This document shows, one piece after another, positions 13,158 to 16,102 of a stretch of 16,102 nucleotides of DNA. Both the position numbers and the translations under genes were made by a program. Source of the DNA: a virus (lineage: Duplodnaviria > Heunggongvirae > Uroviricota > Caudoviricetes). A model generated the notes under the pieces. That model was not told where the DNA came from. It did no database searches and saw only the letters and a program-made list of their open reading frames with translations. Numbering within the stretch: the first letter of the stretch is position 1; the number at the start of each line of letters is the position of its first letter. The stretch lies in the IMG/VR virus record IMGVR_UViG_3300027673_000001, positions 146,759 to 162,860 of that record. The stretch is one strand, 5' to 3'.

Positions 13158-14546
13158 TTAGAACTTGAGTCCGTCTGCCTTTATCCTCTTACCAAAACTG
13201 GACTTGTCAAACGCAGGGGTATCGTCATCTTCGTTTGTTTTGCCCCTGGCAAACCCTTGTTGAGCAGCTTGCTCAACGTTATGGAACTTCATCCTAGCAG
13301 CATCCATTCCGACAACAAAGGTTCTATACCTAGACACATCGCCGTATCTATTCTTGAGCTGCTTTATCATTGCCTGGCCAAGGTCATCAAGCTCCTCAGT
13401 CCTAATCAAAGCCAAGTAGAGGTCAAGAGCGTGTACGATACCCATGGACTCAGAAGTATCTGTCATGTCCACATCAGAGGTTCCTATGCCTCCTCGGTTA
13501 AGCTGAGTAGCAGTTACCCCAGGGCAGTCATTCTCTATCATCAAAGCCCTTAGTTCCTCCGCAACACTTTTCATGATAGTGTAGGAGTTGGCTTGGGCGT
13601 TCCTGACTCTCTGTGATGTGAAGATATTCAGGTAGTCGATGCAGATTAGGTCTGGCTTGAAGTTCTTCTTGGCTTTCAGTTCCTCAATAAGAGCCCTGAT
13701 ATGCCCGGCGTGAGCTGTAGAGGTGGGGTACTCCTTGACAATCAGTTTTCCTTCTGTCTTTGCTTTGATCTTTTCAATCCTGTTAATGAAGATGTCATGA
13801 GGTACATCCTTGAGCTCGTTAACAGGGGTGTTCATCATGTTGGCGTCGATTCTCTGGGCTATCTTCTCCTCGCTCATTTCAGCAGTGACGTAAAGAACAT
13901 TCTTACCTTGCTTCAGGGCGTTTGCTGCTATGTGGCACATAAGAATGGACTTACCACCGCCGGTTTGAGCTGCGATACAAGTTAGAGTTTTCTTACGAAG
14001 ACCAACGCCGTCTGTAATCTCATTCAGTAGATCAATATCGAAGGGTATGCCTTCTTCTTTCGAGTGATAGGAGTCGAAACGTTCCTCGGCATTCTCCAGG
14101 TAGTCATGCCCAACGTTCATATCGAAAGTAACAGACAAGGCTTCCTGAAGAAGAGAAGGGATTGCATCCTCGCTCAATTTACCATTCTTGCCGTCTATGA
14201 TTTCGATACTATCAAGAATAGCTAAGTAGACTGCTCGCTTCTGATAGTAAGACTCCGCTTGGTTGACAAGCCACTCGGCATTTGTATCTTTGTTTTCCAG
14301 GGACTGAACAAAGGCAGGAATGAATTTGGCATCATTCTGAGACAAATCTTTTCTAGCCAGAACCTCTACTTCAAGAATGTCCTTTGTGATGACCTTGTTG
14401 TACTTGTTGAAGTACTCCTGAATAGTGGAAACTATGATTTGGTTTGAGTGGTCTTCAAAGTAGATTGGCTTCGTAAAAGGGAGGACCTTTCTACAAAACT
14501 CCTCACTAAAAACGAAGCCACTGATGATTTGTTCTTCTAGATTCAT
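13158..14546 (-). CDS. 41: T4-like replicative DNA helicase (gp41, DnaB family)
   Basis: Walker A AQTGGGKS, YVTAEM, LIVKEYPT, Walker B ICIDYLNI, TATQLNRGG, SESMG, QLKNRYGD. Confidence 0.96.
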   Translation of the reverse strand: MNLEEQIISGFVFSEEFCRKVLPFTKPIYFEDHSNQIIVSTIQEYFNKYNKVITKDILEVEVLARKDLSQNDAKFIPAFVQSLENKDTNAEWLVNQAESYYQKRAVYLAILDSIEIIDGKNGKLSEDAIPSLLQEALSVTFDMNVGHDYLENAEERFDSYHSKEEGIPFDIDLLNEITDGVGLRKKTLTCIAAQTGGGKSILMCHIAANALKQGKNVLYVTAEMSEEKIAQRIDANMMNTPVNELKDVPHDIFINRIEKIKAKTEGKLIVKEYPTSTAHAGHIRALIEELKAKKNFKPDLICIDYLNIFTSQRVRNAQANSYTIMKSVAEELRALMIENDCPGVTATQLNRGGIGTSDVDMTDTSESMGIVHALDLYLALIRTEELDDLGQAMIKQLKNRYGDVSRYRTFVVGMDAARMKFHNVEQAAQQGFARGKTNEDDDTPAFDKSSFGKRIKADGLKF

Positions 14547-14839
14547 GTTCCGCCGATGAAAGCAATGGGTAAGTTTCTAAGACCGTTTGATAGACAATGA
14601 ACTAGAAAGTCCCCTATCCTCAATGAGAGTTCAGGAGAGTCAGGACCCTTTAGTACTTCATAAGTATAACTTATCTTTGCGTTTTCTTCAACTTCATTCT
14701 CTGTGATTTTGACTTCCCCAACAATGAACTTGGTTGCGGGGAAGTCATCCAGAGTAATGACGTACCGAGGAGCATCGTTGATTTCGATCTCCTCTACGTT
14801 AAACTCTACAGGTCTCATCTCAATCTTCAATGCTTTCAA
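14543..14839 (-). CDS. Small protein at the gp40 (head vertex assembly chaperone) position
   Basis: 98 aa between uvsX and gene 41, overlapping both. Synteny only; sequence similarity to T4 gp40 is not evident by eye. Confidence 0.5.
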   Translation of the reverse strand: MKALKIEMRPVEFNVEEIEINDAPRYVITLDDFPATKFIVGEVKITENEVEENAKISYTYEVLKGPDSPELSLRIGDFLVHCLSNGLRNLPIAFIGGT

Positions 14840-15884
14840 TCACTTCGTCCAATTCCGTATCGGACATGATTGAACCAGAAGCCACTTTGTAGGTCTTCTC
14901 TACCCAGTCCTTGAATGTCTTGTCCTTAAGTACAGGACCCCAGAATGATTCATTGAAGGTGTCCTTCAGGCGATACTTCTTGTCCTCAATCTCGCCAGTT
15001 TCAAGATTGACTCTAGAGTACCAACCGTTGGAAGGTTTCATAACGTGACCACTCTCGAGAGCCATATCCAACAGACCAGAGTACTTGTTGATACCGTGCT
15101 CGTGAGTTACAGTAATCGGTATCTTTGCCTTCTCGCGAGTGAAGCGAGACTTTTCAATGTTGATGACGAAGTTGTAACCAACCAGATCTGCTCCGTCTTT
15201 TTCTTGCTGACGCCCGATGACGAAGATAGTGTTTGCGGAGTAGTAGATACCCGTTCCGCCAGACACAACAGTCTTGGAGAACATTTCCTGTGTCTGATAT
15301 GTGTGGTTGATAACCCAGAAAGGCAACTGCTTGATAGTCAGTACGGGAGTCACCATCCTGAACAGGGACTTTAGTTGTTTTGCTCTCGACATATCCGCAA
15401 CGGACTTTCCTTCGAGGGCGTCTTCAACTTCTTTCTTGGAAGCGATGTTACCAGCAGAGTCTAGGGCGATGAAGATCTTGTCTCCACGCTTGATCTCCTC
15501 AAGCTGCTTCATAATATCGAACTTCAATTCCTCGATGTTAGCTACTGGGGTGTGAACAACTCTTGAAACATCAATACCGAAGCTCTCGAAGTAGGACTGG
15601 GGAGATCCAAACTCAGAGTCATAGAACAGCACTACCCCGTCCTTGTGTTTGTCGAGGAATGCCTTAATTGCCAGAAGCGTAAAGCTGGTCTTGAAGTGCT
15701 TGGAAGGACCTGCGATAACAGTCAACCCCGAAGAGTAGCCACCGTCAAGGCTTCCGCTAAGTGCTACGTTGAAAGCAGGAACGCTAGTCCTCACGAACTC
15801 CTGGTCCTCGAAGAACTTTGATTCGCTGAGTACGGATGTTTCCTTGATTGTGCTATTCTTTTTCAGTTTGTCTATGAGACTCAT
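14820..15884 (-). CDS. uvsX: UvsX RecA-like recombinase
   Basis: NVALSGSLDGG, Walker A GPSKHFKT, LFYDSEFG, ALDSAGN, DMSRAKQLKSLFR, INHTY, SGGTGIYYSA. Confidence 0.97.
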   Translation of the reverse strand: MSLIDKLKKNSTIKETSVLSESKFFEDQEFVRTSVPAFNVALSGSLDGGYSSGLTVIAGPSKHFKTSFTLLAIKAFLDKHKDGVVLFYDSEFGSPQSYFESFGIDVSRVVHTPVANIEELKFDIMKQLEEIKRGDKIFIALDSAGNIASKKEVEDALEGKSVADMSRAKQLKSLFRMVTPVLTIKQLPFWVINHTYQTQEMFSKTVVSGGTGIYYSANTIFVIGRQQEKDGADLVGYNFVINIEKSRFTREKAKIPITVTHEHGINKYSGLLDMALESGHVMKPSNGWYSRVNLETGEIEDKKYRLKDTFNESFWGPVLKDKTFKDWVEKTYKVASGSIMSDTELDEVIESIED

Positions 15885-16047
15885 TTTCTTTCCTTAATGC
15901 TTCGATTGTGTTTGCAGCTTCTTCTAGGAGGTCGCTTAGCCTATCGGGTTTCCCCTCCTGAACACTCTTCCTAGAAGGAATCTGCCGGCGGATGTTTGCT
16001 CGTGTTCTGAGCCGTGTAATGATATCTATACTATCAGAAGAAGTCAT
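15853..16047 (-). CDS. Small conserved phage hypothetical protein
   Basis: RLRTRANIRRQIPSRKSVQEGKPDRLSDLLEEAANTIE matches a recurrent phage hypothetical motif (from memory). GAGG/GGTGG SD; overlaps both neighbours. Confidence 0.6.
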   Translation of the reverse strand: MTSSDSIDIITRLRTRANIRRQIPSRKSVQEGKPDRLSDLLEEAANTIEALRKENESHRQTEKE

Positions 16048-16102
16048 CTAGAGAACCACCTTCCTCAGTTTTCCAGCCTATGGGTTCCATCAGAGTTTCC
16101 AT
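16034..16102 (-). CDS. 43: C-terminal tip of T4-like DNA polymerase (gp43), partial
   Basis: The minus frame from the right edge reads ...METLMEPIGWKTEEGGSLDDFF-TGA. IGW...SLDDFF is the sliding-clamp-binding tail of gp43 (T4 SLDFLF), and the position upstream of uvsX-41 fits. Confidence 0.8.
   Translation of the reverse strand: METLMEPIGWKTEEGGSLDDFF

Noticed and set aside
476-15555. All plus-strand ORFs in the track (e.g. 6600..7130, 13107..13553, 2911..3240, 3453..3815, 15045..15374)
   Set aside because: They lie antisense to well-supported minus-strand genes, are Ser/Phe/Leu-rich as expected for the reverse complement of Lys/Glu-rich genes, and show no motifs or RBS.
1-16102. tRNA, rRNA or other structured RNA genes
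   Set aside because: Coding density is nearly complete; the only intergenic space over 50 nt (2681-2871) is explained by promoters and a terminator and shows no cloverleaf or T-loop motif.

Overview
A 16.1-kb segment of a T4-like (Tevenvirinae-related, closer to the cyanophage/'far-T4' gene layout) myophage genome; every credible gene is on the minus strand. In transcription order (right to left): 3' tip of DNA polymerase gp43, a small conserved ORF, uvsX, a gp40-position gene, gp41 helicase; then a ~10.3-kb block (13115->2872) of probable late genes; then gp61 primase, nrdB and the 5' part of nrdA. The main interest is the late block. It is punctuated by three (A/C)TAAATA late-promoter boxes. 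Eight of nine consecutive genes (13115->4914) start with a sequence resembling the T4 internal-protein capsid-targeting sequence (MKTYQEFIAE-like) or an Alt-like hydrophobic-x-Glu prohead-protease site. These genes encode enzymes: two paralogous PD-(D/E)XK nucleases (one lacks the leader), an RNA-ligase-fold nucleotidyltransferase, an Acb1-type 2H phosphodiesterase with an extra C-terminal module, and a HIGH-family nucleotidyltransferase. They also encode modular basic polyproteins, one with an AT-hook. My inference is a capsid-packaged, protease-matured and co-injected counter-defence/repair kit. All family assignments come from motif recognition by eye; no database search was run.
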